Assembly (NCBI RefSeq): GCF_037042905.1
Contig: NC_087250.1
Location: 11,410,001-11,474,000, forward strand
Source of the DNA: Lytechinus pictus
Lineage: Eukaryota
Direction: 5' to 3'
DNA: 64,000 nt
The notes beneath the pieces were generated by a model. It was not told where the DNA came from. It saw only the letters and a program-made list of their open reading frames with translations, and did no database searches. The stretch's first letter is position 1; the number at the start of each line of letters is the position of its first letter. This document shows positions 1 through 12,643 of this stretch, in pieces. The translations under genes and the position numbers were made by a program.

Positions 1-1628
1 CAGCCAATCTGAAGTCTTCATGGGTATAGTGATTACCAATATTTACAAATTTTAAAATTCATAACTTTTTTTTTTTTTGCCCAATATTGTTCACACTTTC
101 ACCTATCAACTTGTCTGATTTTTCTTTTTCCTCTAGAAACAAGTTTATATTTGGGTTGGATTCCCATTTAACTCGTAGATTTGCCGGTGATAGAACTAAT
201 ATACTAGTGTCAGCTTCAAAATACTTGAATGATTTACCACTAAGATAGTCTCTATTACTAGCAATGTTTAGAAAGGCAATCAAAATCCCCATCTCTTTCG
301 TAGTTTTTAGTTACAGCATTATGATTCCTTTTGATTATTTCATTGTAAGCGCTTTGGGTTTTATAGGAATAAGCACACTGAATAATGATAGTAATTAGTA
401 ATAATGATAGTAATGATAATAATGATAATGATGATGATAATTTAAAAAGTAAAAAAATTTCATAGTTTAGGTTTCTTCTTCCTTTTCACGAAATGAGCAT
501 TATTGGCGAGAAAAGAAACAGTTGATAGTTGTGTATATTATATTGTGTAAAATTTTATACTGACGTCGACTGAAATCGATCAGCCATACATCTGGAATTA
601 CTTTACAAAAAAATGTTCCAAATGTGAGTGAAAAGGCGGAATAATGCAATAATGACGCGTTGGATGTTTTCATGAAATCGAGGAAAAATACTTTAAAGAT
701 CATGTTGCTAACATTACAAATACTCGTCATAATCTTGGAATTCGTTTTCATTTTTATATCGAAATCCTTGCATCTATTGCAATGCAATTAAAATTTACGA
801 AGTGTAATCTGAGAAATTATATCATTCCTCTAGGGCTATTTAAGATAACTGTGCTATCTTTTCGGGGGTTCATAAAACATATAACAATTATTTAAGAGTG
901 ATATTGTCTTTAAAAAAAATATGTATATACATTTTTTCTAGATCAATTTACATCCTAAGACTTACTACATATTATTTTTAAGAAAAAGGAAAATAATTCA
1001 TAATCAATTATATTTGCTATTTTTAAATACCCCTGTTAAAAATTTTGAACGCGGGTGACCTATATATTTTTAAGTTCGCTAAAGGTGTTTGTATAAAACA
1101 TATTTTCTTGCCAGGTCATATCTAAATAGTGTTCATTTTTAAAAAAGTTATATAAGGCGATCACTGATGAAAGTTTCACATCAATAGAAAGATTTGAACC
1201 CTTACAATAGCATCTAACTTCGTGCAAACAGATAACCTTAAAACTATCAACTTAAACCAATGAAACTTATAAGCGGCGAATGCAGCTTTTGCCAATAAGG
1301 GGGGGGGGCAAAAGTATTTTCTTCAAAATGTTCCCCGCACGGCCTCTTAATTTTAACGCGTAGTCCTAACAGTTACTACTTAGAGAGTAATAATGAACCC
1401 TAAGGCCCATGTTCTTAAAAACAATATATTTCTATCTCAATAGCCATAATTGTAACGATGCGAGCGCGACGCAAGAGCTATTTTTTTTATTTAAGTATTT
1501 TATCCTAAAATTGAATAGTCTGAGCAACGGTTTGTGATCATAAACAAGAGGCGTATATACGTACTGTGAGTGGAAAGCGCAAGCTGATATTTTCAATATG
1601 CTGGCCTGATCGAAAATGGAACTGTTAA

Positions 1629-2483
1629 AGGGGTACTCCAGGCTGAATATATTTATATCTTATTAAATAAATTCAAATCTACCGAGCGAAATGCTGAAAA
1701 ATTCATCAAAATCTAATATAATGCTGAAAATTCATCAAAATCTAACAAATAACGAAGTTATTGAATTTTAAGGTTTATGAATATTTTGTGAAAACAGTTA
1801 TATGCACATCATCATGAATATCTATTAGGTGGGGTAACGTCACATCAATACTTTCCCTTTTGTGTTATTGAATGAAATATTATTACTTCATATTTTCATA
1901 CATGCGTGTCTGATGTCTCCTTTATATTAAAATAAGTTATACCAATGTATATTTAATGCATGCATTAAATCGGTTGTCAATCTAATTTAGTGAGTTCTTG
2001 GAAGAAAAAACTTAATAAATATTAGTTTATATAACTAAATGCAAAAGAACATGTGGGGATATACGACATCATCAGTTTGCTCATTTAATAATCAGGAAGA
2101 CATGCAAGGAACAGTTTCACCGAAATAATGCAAATCTTTTAAATGGCATAACTTCGTTATTCCTCGTCCGATTTTTATGGAATTGTCAGTGTTTGTGTTT
2201 GTCTGATTTTTCTGTTCAAATCATACCATGTTCAGCCTGGGCCCCGTCTTACAAAGAGTTACGATTGATTGGATCAATCGTAACTCTTTGTAAAACGGGG
2301 CCCAGGCCTATGGAAATCCATCCATGCCATAATTTTTATACAGGAAATTTGCATAATGCCCTTTGCAAAAAAAAAGAAGCACAGTAAATTTTCAAGAAGA
2401 CGTTGCTGGTCGTCCATAGTGTTGTGATTTATCGGATCGATCGTAACTCTTTGTAAGACGGGGCCCTGAGCCTGAGTACCCCT
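1629..2483. mobile_element. TTAA-flanked non-autonomous DNA transposon (Kolobok-like) with a hairpin MITE nested in its right TIR
   Basis: TTAA|AGGGGTACTC ... GAGTACCCCT|TTAA; long internal inverted arms; insert at 2239-2467. Confidence 0.8.
2239..2467. mobile_element. Hairpin MITE with TIR GGCCCCGTCTTACAAAGAGTTACGAT (other copies about 6455-6712, 42150-42421, 55040-55220)
   Basis: Same TIR and internal sequence at four loci. Confidence 0.85.
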
Positions 2484-3137
2484 TTAAGGACTGTTCGCAG
2501 TTACCCATGAAGGCGATACATATTTCAACAATCAAATATGAAAGCGCGAGCTGAAAATTTTGGATACTCCAACCTAAAAACTGGACATTTCGTAATCCCT
2601 TTTTGTAGTCATGAACAGGATAGGTATGTAACTAAATAAGTGACGCGAGCGAAAAAATTGACATTTTGACTGAAAAAACGCTATTCATATTTTGTAATCA
2701 TGAAAAGGATGGGTATCTTCCTCCCTACATGAATAATGGGAGCACGAAGCCCGAGCAGAAATCACTGCAAACAGTCCTTAACAAGTTGTCCTTTTCGGGT
2801 TAGTAGGTGTGTAACAAAAATCGCATTTACTGGCACTCACCCCTCCCCCTCTCTATTCTCCCCTCCTACATTCATCTCCAATTGCATCACTTTCTTTTAC
2901 TTAATATCAAACCACCAAAAAACATTATCACAATTCTGTCCGTCTCTCTCTTATTCTTTTATTACCCCCCGCCCCCTCTCCCTTCGTCTCTCCTGCTCTT
3001 TCTCTCCCAATACAAATGAACATCCCCTCCTTTCATTCTCTCGTAGTTTCTCATCTTCGCATCCCCCCTCTCCAGGACCATGTTCCTTAAAGGTTACTAT
3101 TTTAGTAACTCTGCTATCCAATGGTAACTTTCCTTAA

Positions 3138-3737
3138 CCCTAAAACCACCGGGGTTGAATCAACCCCTCTTACATTTTCCGCGACCATTCCGCTGCGCGA
3201 ATTTTTTTTTTTTTTGACCGCGCCGCTCGCTGACTTTTTACTTTTAAGTCTTGGGCATCTTTTGAGACCAAATTTACGATGTCCGGTGCGCGGTTGTAAA
3301 ATTAGGCAACATTGCGTAAGTACATGTCAGACCCAAAATTTCTCAAAACCTTAATTTGTGTACAAAGTTTAAGTAAATTGAGTTTTCTCATCTTATTCAT
3401 AAAGATATGATCATATTTTATTTGATCTGCTGAACTTCATTCAAAAAGGTTCTGCTATAAATTTAGTGAAAAAACAAGAAAAACAAAAGGTCGAAAATCT
3501 AAGAAATTTTAATGAATTGGAGTAAAAAGAATAATTTACGCATAAATTAGCATAAATAATTCACTTTTTTTTAATGATTAATCAAACCATACAGCCTTGT
3601 AGATTACATCCGACACTATTATCATGCCAATTTTCACGGCGTTCGCGCGATCGGCAGCCGAGATCTCAAGGGGGGTTGATTCAACCCTCCCCCGGTTTTC
3701 TATCACCCAAAAAAGCCCGGTCTGGTTAGCCTGAGGG
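3138..3737. mobile_element. piggyBac-like MITE (TTAA|CCCT...AGGG|TTGA) nested in a short hairpin MITE spanning about 3075-3826
   Basis: Subterminal GGGGTTGA(A/T)TCAACCC palindromes at both ends. The rejoined flanks resemble the element at 6309-6452. Confidence 0.65.
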
Positions 3738-4287
3738 TTGAATACTCGATTCTGATTGACTGGTTACCATGGCAGTTACTTTTGGATGGCAAAGTTACTA
3801 CAATAGTAGCTTTTATGCATTGGGCGCAAGATAAGAATATTGAAAGCTCAACACCTGTGTGACTTTTCTGGACCAACTTCATTGAAGGCCTATGTTTGGT
3901 GCTATGCTCATTTGAAAAATATTGACTTAACACCAAACATTACGTCAACACTGAACTTGAAATCACTCAATTTATAAGCAAAGTTAATGCGAATACTCTG
4001 AGACAATAAAAACGTTTTGTATCCAACTATCAAACTTCCTTCCAATTAACACAATATTTATTTCAAATGATTCTGACAGTAATATACTGTACATAATAAC
4101 AAAACAACATCCAGATAAAAAAGGGTAACAAACGTCAACAAATGATCAAACATTCAATATTAGGCATAATCTAAATACGGTGACACGACATTAGCTACAT
4201 TTGCTCCGGCCTTAACATCTCAGAGGGCATAGGGTTAGAGTTAGAATTGCAATGGAGTTTTCGGTTCAGAAAAAGGTAGAGCATTAA

Positions 4288-4891
4288 AGGTCAAGTCCAC
4301 CCCAGAAAGATGTCAATTCGAATAAATAGAAAAAAATCAAACAAGCATAATGCTGAAAATTTGATCAAAATCGGATGTAAAATAAGAAAGTTATGACATT
4401 TTAAAATCTCGCTTATTTTTCACAATACAGTTATATGAACAACTCAGTGACATGCAAATGAAAGAGTCGATGATGTCCTTCACTCACTATTTCTTTTGTT
4501 TTTTATTGTTTGAATTATACAATATTTCAATTTTTACCAATTTGACATCAAGGACAAACTTAACTGAACAATGAAATATGCATGATAACAACTGTAATGC
4601 CACATATTCAGGTAGGAATAAAACTTTACTGAATTCACAGGACAATGAGGAGAAAATTAGAATATTTCATATAATAAAATACAAAGGAAATAGTGAGTGG
4701 ATGACGTCATCAGTCTCCTCATTAGCATACCGACCAGGATGTGCATATAACTGTTTAGTGAAATTAAGCGAAACTTAAAAATTTTATAACTTTCTTATTT
4801 TACATCCGATTTGATGAAATTTTCAGTGTTATGCTTGTTGGATTTTTCTCTTTTTATTAAAATCAACTTTTTGTTGGGGTAGACTTGTCCT
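4288..4891. mobile_element. Kolobok-like MITE, about 600 bp (TTAA TSD, TIR AGG(T/A)CAAGTCCACCCCA)
   Basis: TTAA|AGGTCAAGTCCACCCCA ... TGGGGTAGACTTGTCCT|TTAA. Further copies at 5797-6270 (partial), 32779-33369 and 61055-61618. Confidence 0.9.
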
Positions 4892-4937
4892 TTAAGGTTT
4901 ATTTAGTTTTGTAGGTGAGACTTTATGTTTGGCTTAA

Positions 4938-5330
4938 AGGTAGATTCCAGTTTTGGTAACGATCTCAAAATGACTTTTTACAGAATCTAATATAATGACC
5001 ACCCAAGTGTCTGTTTGTATGAATAAAAAATATGTGCCAAAGGATTCTGGAAGAAATTGTGTAATTGCTGAGAAATAAGCAAAATAAGCGCGGATTCGGT
5101 CACTTCCGTCGGGTCTTTATTCCAGCAATAATAATACACTGTCCCACGTGTGCCTATCTGTGTTGGCGATCTTCAGTGTGATTGTATTTCAGCTTAGATT
5201 TTATGATTTCACAAAGTTCAGTTTATGTAACTGTACCAGATCTAGATCCACGATGATATAGTCATACTTAACCTTGGTTTTACAGACTTTCTCACGAAAT
5301 TAGTGTTTTACTGCAACTACTGTAATTTAA
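4938..5330. mobile_element. Second Kolobok-like MITE family; inverted copy at 19493-21005
   Basis: Near-identical reverse complement of 19500-19840; TTAA|AGGTAGATTCCAG terminus. Confidence 0.85.
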
Positions 5331-5796
5331 CGTGCAGATTTCCATCGGAACAACAGAGCAAATGTCATGGAACCCTAAACATAGGCCTACAATGTCAATC
5401 AAGTTTAGACCGATTGTTGCTCATGAGATCGAGAGTGCACAGTGTAGAAGAGTGGGCGAGGCAGCAACCAATCATGGTAATTACTTGCTCTAATTGTTGG
5501 TTTCTAATGACAAAGCTACGTCGGGAGCAGCCTGGGTGGCGCTATGATATTTTCAAGGGCATGGAAGGGAGGGGGGGCCGGGGGGAAGACAGCCTAAAAG
5601 TGACGTCATATTCTTTCACCATTGAACAATGGGAGGATTACATGTACATGGAACAGACCTCCCATTCTGACATGCTTATTTATTTTATTCCTTCCCACTT
5701 CTCTCTCTTTTCCCATTTTTCCACTAGTCCTACTTTAAATATCATATATCATAGAGGGTTGCAAATACACAACAAAATTATGACAAACATAATTAA

Positions 5797-6270
5797 AAAG
5801 ACAAGTCCACTCCCAATAAAAAGCTGATTTGAATAAAAAGAAAAAAATCAAACTAGCATGACACTGAAAATTTCATCAAAATCGGATGTAAAATAAGAAA
5901 GTTATGACATTTTAAAGTTTCGCTTAATTTCACAAAACAGTTATATGCATAATGCACATATCCTGGTCGGTATGCAAATGAGGAGACTAATGACGTCATC
6001 CACTCATTATTTCTTTTGTATTTTGTTATATGAAACGTGAAATATTCGAATTTTCTTCTCATTGTCAAGTGAAACAATGGTTAATTTCTCCCTGAACATG
6101 TGGAATTAGCTTTTTTTTTTATACTATATGTTTCAGTCAAGTTTGTCCTCATTGTCAAATCTGTAAAAAAGGAAATATTGTACAATTCAAACAATAAAAA
6201 AAACAAAAGAAATAGTTAGTGATGGACACCATCGACTGACTCATTTGCTAGTCACTGAGTTGTGCATATC
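5797..6270. mobile_element. Truncated copy of the 4288-4891 MITE family, opposite orientation
   Basis: Sequence identity to the reverse complement of 4420-4891. Confidence 0.85.
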
Positions 6271-7175
6271 ATTCGCCCCAAGCCCTGTGTTATTTGTTTT
6301 TTCCCCATGGGTCCCATTGCATAAAAGTTACCATTATTATAACTTTTCCATCCAATGGTAACTTCCCTGAAATCCTTGATTCTGATTGGTCGATTTGCAT
6401 TGTTACAATGGTAGCTACCATTGGTTGGCAAATTTACTCTGCAATGGGGCCCTGGGCCCCCGTATTACAAAGAGTTACGATTGATCCGATCAACCTCAAG
6501 TATATGGAAATCCATTCATGTCATTTTTTTTTTCTTCAGGAAATCTGAACAATGTCCTTTGTAAACAAAGAGAAGCATACTGACATTTAAAAAATATACA
6601 TCATATTTAGAAAACATTTTAAACAAACATGTATTTTAGATGTTGACATTGCTGGCTTTCCATAGTTGTGGTTGATTGGACCAATTGCAACTCTTTGTAA
6701 GACGGGGCCCCGGATCTTTACTTTTCGACTCATATGGTAAAGGCTGCTATGTAAGAACTTTACAGGATGAAGACTATGCAATCGTCTGGTTATTAAATTC
6801 AAGCAAAGCAATTACAATAAAAACAATTTACAATAAGACTTCTTATTTTCTCATCACAAACTGACAGTTTAAAACTTTTATCAAACAATACTTAGCAAAG
6901 ATATTCAGGACACATTAAAAGAATGGCTTTGGTAATTTTTTCCTGTGCTTAATATTATCCATGCTTTGTTTTCAAATTGAATGGAAAATATTTCCCTTTA
7001 AAAAAATTCCCTTTATATTTTTCCCACAAAACCAGCAGCATCGCAGAGCACCGTCAAAGGCTGAAGTTCACCCGTTGCATTTTGAACTTCTGCAAAAATG
7101 GTATTGTTGTATTCATTTATCATCCAATATTACTCCTTTCTTAAAAAGTACTTGACTTTAAATGGCATCACAACA

Positions 7176-7610
7176 AGCCAGTTCCGAGTTCCACTCTGTG
7201 CATGATCAGAAGAAGGTCATTCGTACTATTAAAGTGACATGGTAATTTAATATTTAATGAGATAAGCACCAACTTTGAAGTCTTGATTATTCATATTTTT
7301 TTTTGTGTTTTTCATCAGATCCACAAAAAACAACAATGCGTCCCCACTAGCGACTGGTATTTCACAGTTGGCCAAGTACATTTTTATAGCAACATTCTAA
7401 TGCATTCATAGCAGAAATGCAACAAATACCTTCATGTAGTGTTAATTGGTGTGCTATTCTAGTCACTTGGTCTATTCCATTTCTTCATCCTGCTACGTAA
7501 GGCATGCTTACATAATATCTTGCTTTGAAATCTGCTTATCATAATGAAAGAAATGAAAGGTCATTTGACCAAAATTGCCCATGCCATGCGGTAACTCCGA
7601 ACTGGTCTAT
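7176..7610. mobile_element. MITE with TIR AGCCAGTTCGTAGTT; second copy 30338-30779, diverged relative 33387-33820
   Basis: Colinear similarity between 7176-7610 and 30338-30779; terminal inverted repeats. Confidence 0.8.
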
Positions 7611-8130
7611 TGAAACCTTAAAACTGCATCTTTCATACGTAACAACTGAATGAACATATCAATGTCGCTAATCAATAGTACTATATCATTTGTAGTACAT
7701 CGAACAGAATAGTTGAGCAGTACAAGTAACATCACACAATCTGAAGTACTGACACGCATACATTTATATGTAATAGTACAAAATAGTAAGTCAATTATTT
7801 TCTCTATGACCATGAAAATAATGAATGGCAATTATGGTAATAATTAGCAATAATAACAATAATACATGATCATAATGAGATTTATCTACCTAGAGTCATT
7901 AATCACTTATTCCATAATGAGCTATGTAATCTGCACCAAAATACTTGCTTTTTCCACCTTTTCATGATTTTTTTAATAACACTACAGGGTTTGCAAACAA
8001 GACTCATTTCGTCCAAAAAAATATGGAATTTCTGAGTTATTAAAGCAAATGCGAACCAGAAGGCTCGACTGCTGAAGTCTGGCCTGGTTTCTAACCCATA
8101 ATGCAACATGCTCAGCAGTGCAGTCTTGTT

Positions 8131-8527
8131 GGTAAATTGCCAATTCGTCCACTGCCAACTCGTCCACTCACCACATGGTCTAACTTCATTTAGTTTAATG
8201 CCATTCTGTCCACCTACATTTTGTCTAACAACCATTTGGTCCAATTGTCACTTCATCTAATCACCAGCTCGTCTTATAACCATTTGGTCTAATATTCATT
8301 CTATTTTCATTCATTTTACCCAAATAACACTTTGGCTAATTAGACCAAATGGTATATGGACTAATTGAATATTAGACCGACTGGTTATTAGACCAAATGG
8401 TGAGTGGACGAAATGGCACAAAATGGCAATTAGAGAATGTGGATATTGGACGAACTGATGGTAGACCAAATGATAGAAGATGAGTTGGCAATCGGACGAG
8501 TTGGCATTGGACCGAATGAAAATAACC
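8131..8527. mobile_element. Foldback MITE with 9-bp TSD (Mutator-like)
   Basis: Long inverted arms (GCCAACTCGTCC / GGACGAGTTGGC); flanks AGTCTTGTT / TGTCTTGTT. Confidence 0.85.
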
Positions 8528-10028
8528 TGTCTTGTTATGTTTGTAACTGCAAATGATAACACACTGATTTACTACACAATGCATTCATATCGCAAACAAC
8601 AATAAATTAATGGCATGTACCAAGCAGCTAAAAAGGTATCATTCCTCTCAAAATGCTTTAGTTGCTTTCAATGGGTAAAACTTCTTTCCTGAAGATGTAT
8701 ATGTACAGTTGTGCTTAAAAGTGAAGCCCACCGGAAAACGCACTCCTTCATGCTGAGAGTTGAATGTAGACAACAACGCTATAAATGTTCGGTGAGCCCA
8801 CAAGAACAAACTATATTGAATGTAACATTTTATCACCTGACTCCACAATTAAATATCTAAAACATGGCACAACTTGAACACTTGAAATATTTTCTGGTGG
8901 GAGGGGGCGGCTAGAGGTGACTTTGTCTCAATCACAATTTTTAGATATATACATGTAGATACATGTATTACTTTTATTTTTTAGGCCGACTAAAAATCAA
9001 TTATTTCCTGAACAGAGATTGTCATTGTTGGAAATTGATTGCACACCACGGGACCCATTTCATAAATCTTGTAGAATATACAAATTTGACATAACAGTTA
9101 AAAGCTACTGAAATCAAACGATCTGATTGGCTGATGGTAAATTGGTTATAGAAACTGTTCATGTGTTATCATAACTAATCCTTATGAAATGAGACCCAGG
9201 ACCCTGTTTCATAAAACTTGTTACAAAACATACTTGCAGTAATTGTTAAAGGCTACTGAAATCATGCAATATGATTGGCTGATGGTAAATTTGATATAGA
9301 AATTGTGTATTTGTTATCATTACAAGTCTACGCAACAGCACCCAGGAGAATGAAACCCAACAAACAACCTTAACTTGCATGAAAAAAAAATCAAAGAATA
9401 ACGTAAGTAAAAGTTTGAGAACAATTGGACTTACGGTATAAGAAAGTTCTGCACATTTAAATTTCATAATCACTAATGCGATGGAGATCCTCCCAATGGC
9501 AATGCGACCAAGATTTGGGATAGCAAAGTACAACTCTCCCCTTTGTACACAGAAAATACGCTCCACAACATTAACCTTTGCTCATTTTTTTAATTTCTTC
9601 GTCATTCCACGATATGATTTGAAACCTCTCATGATGTCCCTCCATGATAGTAAACACTGGGTCCCGTAACACAAAGGTTAAAATTAATCGTACACCTGAT
9701 TTTCACCATTGATTGTACACTGTAGTAAATGCAATTAATCGCAGAAAAATAATCTACGATGATTGCTAAGCTTTGTGATACAGGGATCCATATCTAGAAA
9801 CAGACTTGACCAAACTGGCGATTGAGGTAAAATATGCAGAAAATTAATTGGGGAGTTGTACAAGTGTAACGTCACACAATCAGGACACGCTGCCAATGGG
9901 ACGATGTCCACATCATCAGGGACGTCAACACTGAAATGTTCATAACTGTATTATTTGTTCTTTATTCCTCAAACTTTTAAACTTGTTCCCAGGGTTTCAT
10001 TCTCCTTTAAAGCACACATACATTACGA

Positions 10029-11195
10029 TCAAACTCCATCGCATTGGAATTTCTTATGTTTTGTGAGCGCACTGGTTTTGATGAAGCCTTTTCCACATCC
10101 ACTACACAAGAATGGTCTCTCGCCACTGTGTATACGCTTGTGAACCACCCGATCACTGCTAGTACGGAATGCTTTCCCGCAGATGTCACAGGCATATGGT
10201 TTGCTGCCAGTATGCAGCCGGACATGTTGCTTGAGGCGAGTGCTGGAGTTGAACGTCTTCATGCAGTAGTTACAGGCGAAGGGACGCTCCCCAGTGTGCA
10301 GGCGCCGGTGCTGGATGAGGGACGCACGATGCTGAAGCTCCTTCCCGCATATGTCGCAGGTGAACTTTAACCCCAGGTGGAGGCGTTCGTGGGCACGGAG
10401 GTTGGACTTGACGTTGAAGCGCATCCCGCACTGCTCGCACTGGAAAGGTTTCTCCTTCGTGTGGATGATGGCGTGGCGTTTCAGGTGCGTATCTTGGAGG
10501 AACGTCTTCCCGCATTCCTTGCAGTGGTATGGACGGAGGCCTGTGTGGATAAGCTGGTGCCGAATCAGAATCGGTCGTCTCGTGAACGACTTGTTACAGA
10601 CAGAGCACGGGAAAGGTCGTTCCCCAGTATGGACGCGCATGTGCGCCTTCAGGTCCGCATTCTGTGTGAAGGACTTACCGCACTGCTCGCACTTAAACGG
10701 ACGGAAACCCGTGTGAAAGCGTTCATGGGCACACACGTGGGACCTATGCCGGAAAGTCCTTGGGCAATACTTGCACGCGTAAGGTCGGGAATTGGAATGA
10801 ATCCTCTCGTGGTTTGCCAGCCCTTCCTTGCGGGAAAATGTTTTCCCGCACTCGTCGCATTTAAATGGCTTCAGTCCCGCGTGGCCGTTTTCGTGTCTTG
10901 TCCTGTTGGCCTCGTTGGTAAATTTCTTCTGGCATTGTTGGCAAGGGAATGGCTTCTCACCTGTATGGACTCTCTTATGCCTCTTCAGGTTAGTGTGAAT
11001 AGAAAAATCCACCCCACAAACACTGCAATGAGAAGATCTCTTCTTAACTTTTCTAACAACCTTTGGCTTTTTCGGAGTGGCCTTCACGTCAGGTTCGCGA
11101 CAGCAAGGGCAAACAGACTTGTGGATGGACTTGCGCTTTACCCTTGAAGTTCCTGTAACAGTTGGTTTGGTATTGCTACTACGCGTTATAATCAT
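10029..11195 (-). CDS. C2H2 zinc-finger protein, 388 aa, single coding exon, 11 C2H2 fingers plus a terminal C2HC finger
   Basis: The ORF contains 12 consecutive Cx2C-x12-Hx3H/C units joined by TGEKP/TGERP-like linkers. The first in-frame ATG is at 11195 (MIITRSS...). The N-terminus is basic (NLS-like); no KRAB or SET domain was recognised. Confidence 0.95.
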   Translation of the reverse strand: MIITRSSNTKPTVTGTSRVKRKSIHKSVCPCCREPDVKATPKKPKVVRKVKKRSSHCSVCGVDFSIHTNLKRHKRVHTGEKPFPCQQCQKKFTNEANRTRHENGHAGLKPFKCDECGKTFSRKEGLANHERIHSNSRPYACKYCPRTFRHRSHVCAHERFHTGFRPFKCEQCGKSFTQNADLKAHMRVHTGERPFPCSVCNKSFTRRPILIRHQLIHTGLRPYHCKECGKTFLQDTHLKRHAIIHTKEKPFQCEQCGMRFNVKSNLRAHERLHLGLKFTCDICGKELQHRASLIQHRRLHTGERPFACNYCMKTFNSSTRLKQHVRLHTGSKPYACDICGKAFRTSSDRVVHKRIHSGERPFLCSGCGKGFIKTSALTKHKKFQCDGV

Positions 11196-11923
11196 GATTG
11201 ACCCGTAATGCAAAGTGTATGTACTTTCTTCAAAATGGTATACAGCTGTATACAAAACAATGTCAAAATTTATAAAGGGCACAATAAAAGCAATATTCAA
11301 TGGCAATTAATTAGCAGATTATTCTCAATAGTACCATATTACACGTAAACAAGCGATACAAATGCAAATTGGCAATACCATAGTACTGAACGTTTCACAT
11401 TTCTTTGTGAATTGCTACATTCTTCAAATCAAAATGACTATTTCATAAAGAATTGTAGTTTTAAATGGTATACAAGCTGCCGTTGGTTGTAATTATTCAA
11501 TATTCTGCACCAGCAGTGTGGCAAGGATGCCTGGCTCACTCACTAGACTGTAATACCTGTACAGAGTTGATTGTTATCAACACACTACGTTTTCTATATG
11601 CGCATTCGGCAACGAAGGAAATTTTTGTCTGAGATTTCTGCGATCCGTTGAAGGACTGAGGGAAACTGTTGGGGCACTCGGCAATTCTTTTTGGCTGGAA
11701 TGTTGCGGAGAGGTTACCATAGATAAGTTTGCTGATAGTAATGATCATCAAAAGCATTCATAACAGGAAAAGATGTACCTGTAGTTCAGCTGCAATCAGA
11801 TTCCAATCTGCAGAAAAGACAAACAAAATACACAGCGTATGTTAATATCTTGACAGCTTCACCTACATCTGTTTATTTTCTTAATCTTATTTCATTTAAT
11901 CTGTACTATTATGTTCATTTTTA

Positions 11924-12396
11924 TGCTTTTCACACTGCATTTCCTTAAACCCATACTATCCTTAACCCCGGACTATCCTTAACCCCATACTATCCTTTTT
12001 TCGATTCACACTGTCTTTCTTAACCCCGTACTATTGCTTAGCCGCGGTTAAGGCCTTAACCCCGGGCAATCACACAGCTCATAAATATCGATGATTTTAC
12101 CATACAGAGCGCGATTAACGTGCAATTTCGACTTCTGTGATTGGCTATTGCTTAGCCCTGTTTCGTTTCACACTGCATCTCTTAGCACAGCAATTGTGGT
12201 GCTAGCACCACAATAAGCCGGCTAACCCTGCTTTTTTGCAGGGCCAGATAGTACTGTACTATTTACCGTGCTAGCCCACTTTGCTAAAACGTAGTGTCAA
12301 AACAAAGTGGGCTAAGCTTAACCCCGGGAAATTGGTGGGGCTAAGACCCCCCCTTAGCCCCACCAATTTAGGACAAAAAGTGCAGTGTGAAAAGCA
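11924..12396. mobile_element. MITE with TIR TGCTTTTCACACTGCA and TA TSD
   Basis: TA|TGCTTTTCACACTGCA ... TGCAGTGTGAAAAGCA|TA; internal CTTAACCCC/CTTAGCCC subrepeats. Confidence 0.85.
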
Positions 12397-12468
12397 TATT
12401 TCAGGACTAAAGTCACTTGCAAATATTCGTGTTTTTTATCGCAATGGGTGGTCAACAAGGATATTGTG

Positions 12469-12511
12469 ATCACAACGTTTCGTGTGCTACGGCTACACTT
12501 CATCAGGTGAT
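12469..12511 (-). ncRNA. Minimal type I hammerhead ribozyme motif (Penelope-like element type)
   Basis: Minus strand reads AUCAC-CUGAUGA-A-GUGU(AGCCGUAGC)ACAC-GAA-ACGU-U-GUGAU: stem I AUCAC/GUGAU, conserved core, stem II GUGU/ACAC, palindromic stem III ACGU, NUH triplet GUU. Confidence 0.7.
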
Positions 12512-12600
12512 ATAGAAGACATTGCGAGTGGTGGTATATACATGTACACCCTGCAGTCGAGACGGCTTGCCGGGCGACCTCCACTTGCGATGTTTTCCGT

Positions 12601-12643
12601 ATCACCTGATGAAATGTAGCAGTAGCACAGGAAAGGTTGTGAT
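12601..12643 (+). ncRNA. Degenerate second hammerhead motif, inverted copy
   Basis: AUCAC-CUGAUGA-A-AUGU(AGCAGUAGC)ACAG-GAA-AGGU-U-GUGAU; the stem II closing pair and the stem III palindrome are mutated. Confidence 0.55.

Noticed and set aside
5303..5827. 174-aa plus ORF
   Set aside because: Spans repeat boundaries, no recognisable domain or splice context.
10044..11147. Plus-strand ORFs (256, 121, 108 aa) overlapping the zinc-finger CDS
   Set aside because: Antisense shadows of a repetitive GC-rich coding sequence; no independent features.
11196..11306. N-terminal 37 codons of the 425-aa ORF call
   Set aside because: Begins at a non-ATG codon; the first ATG is at 11195.
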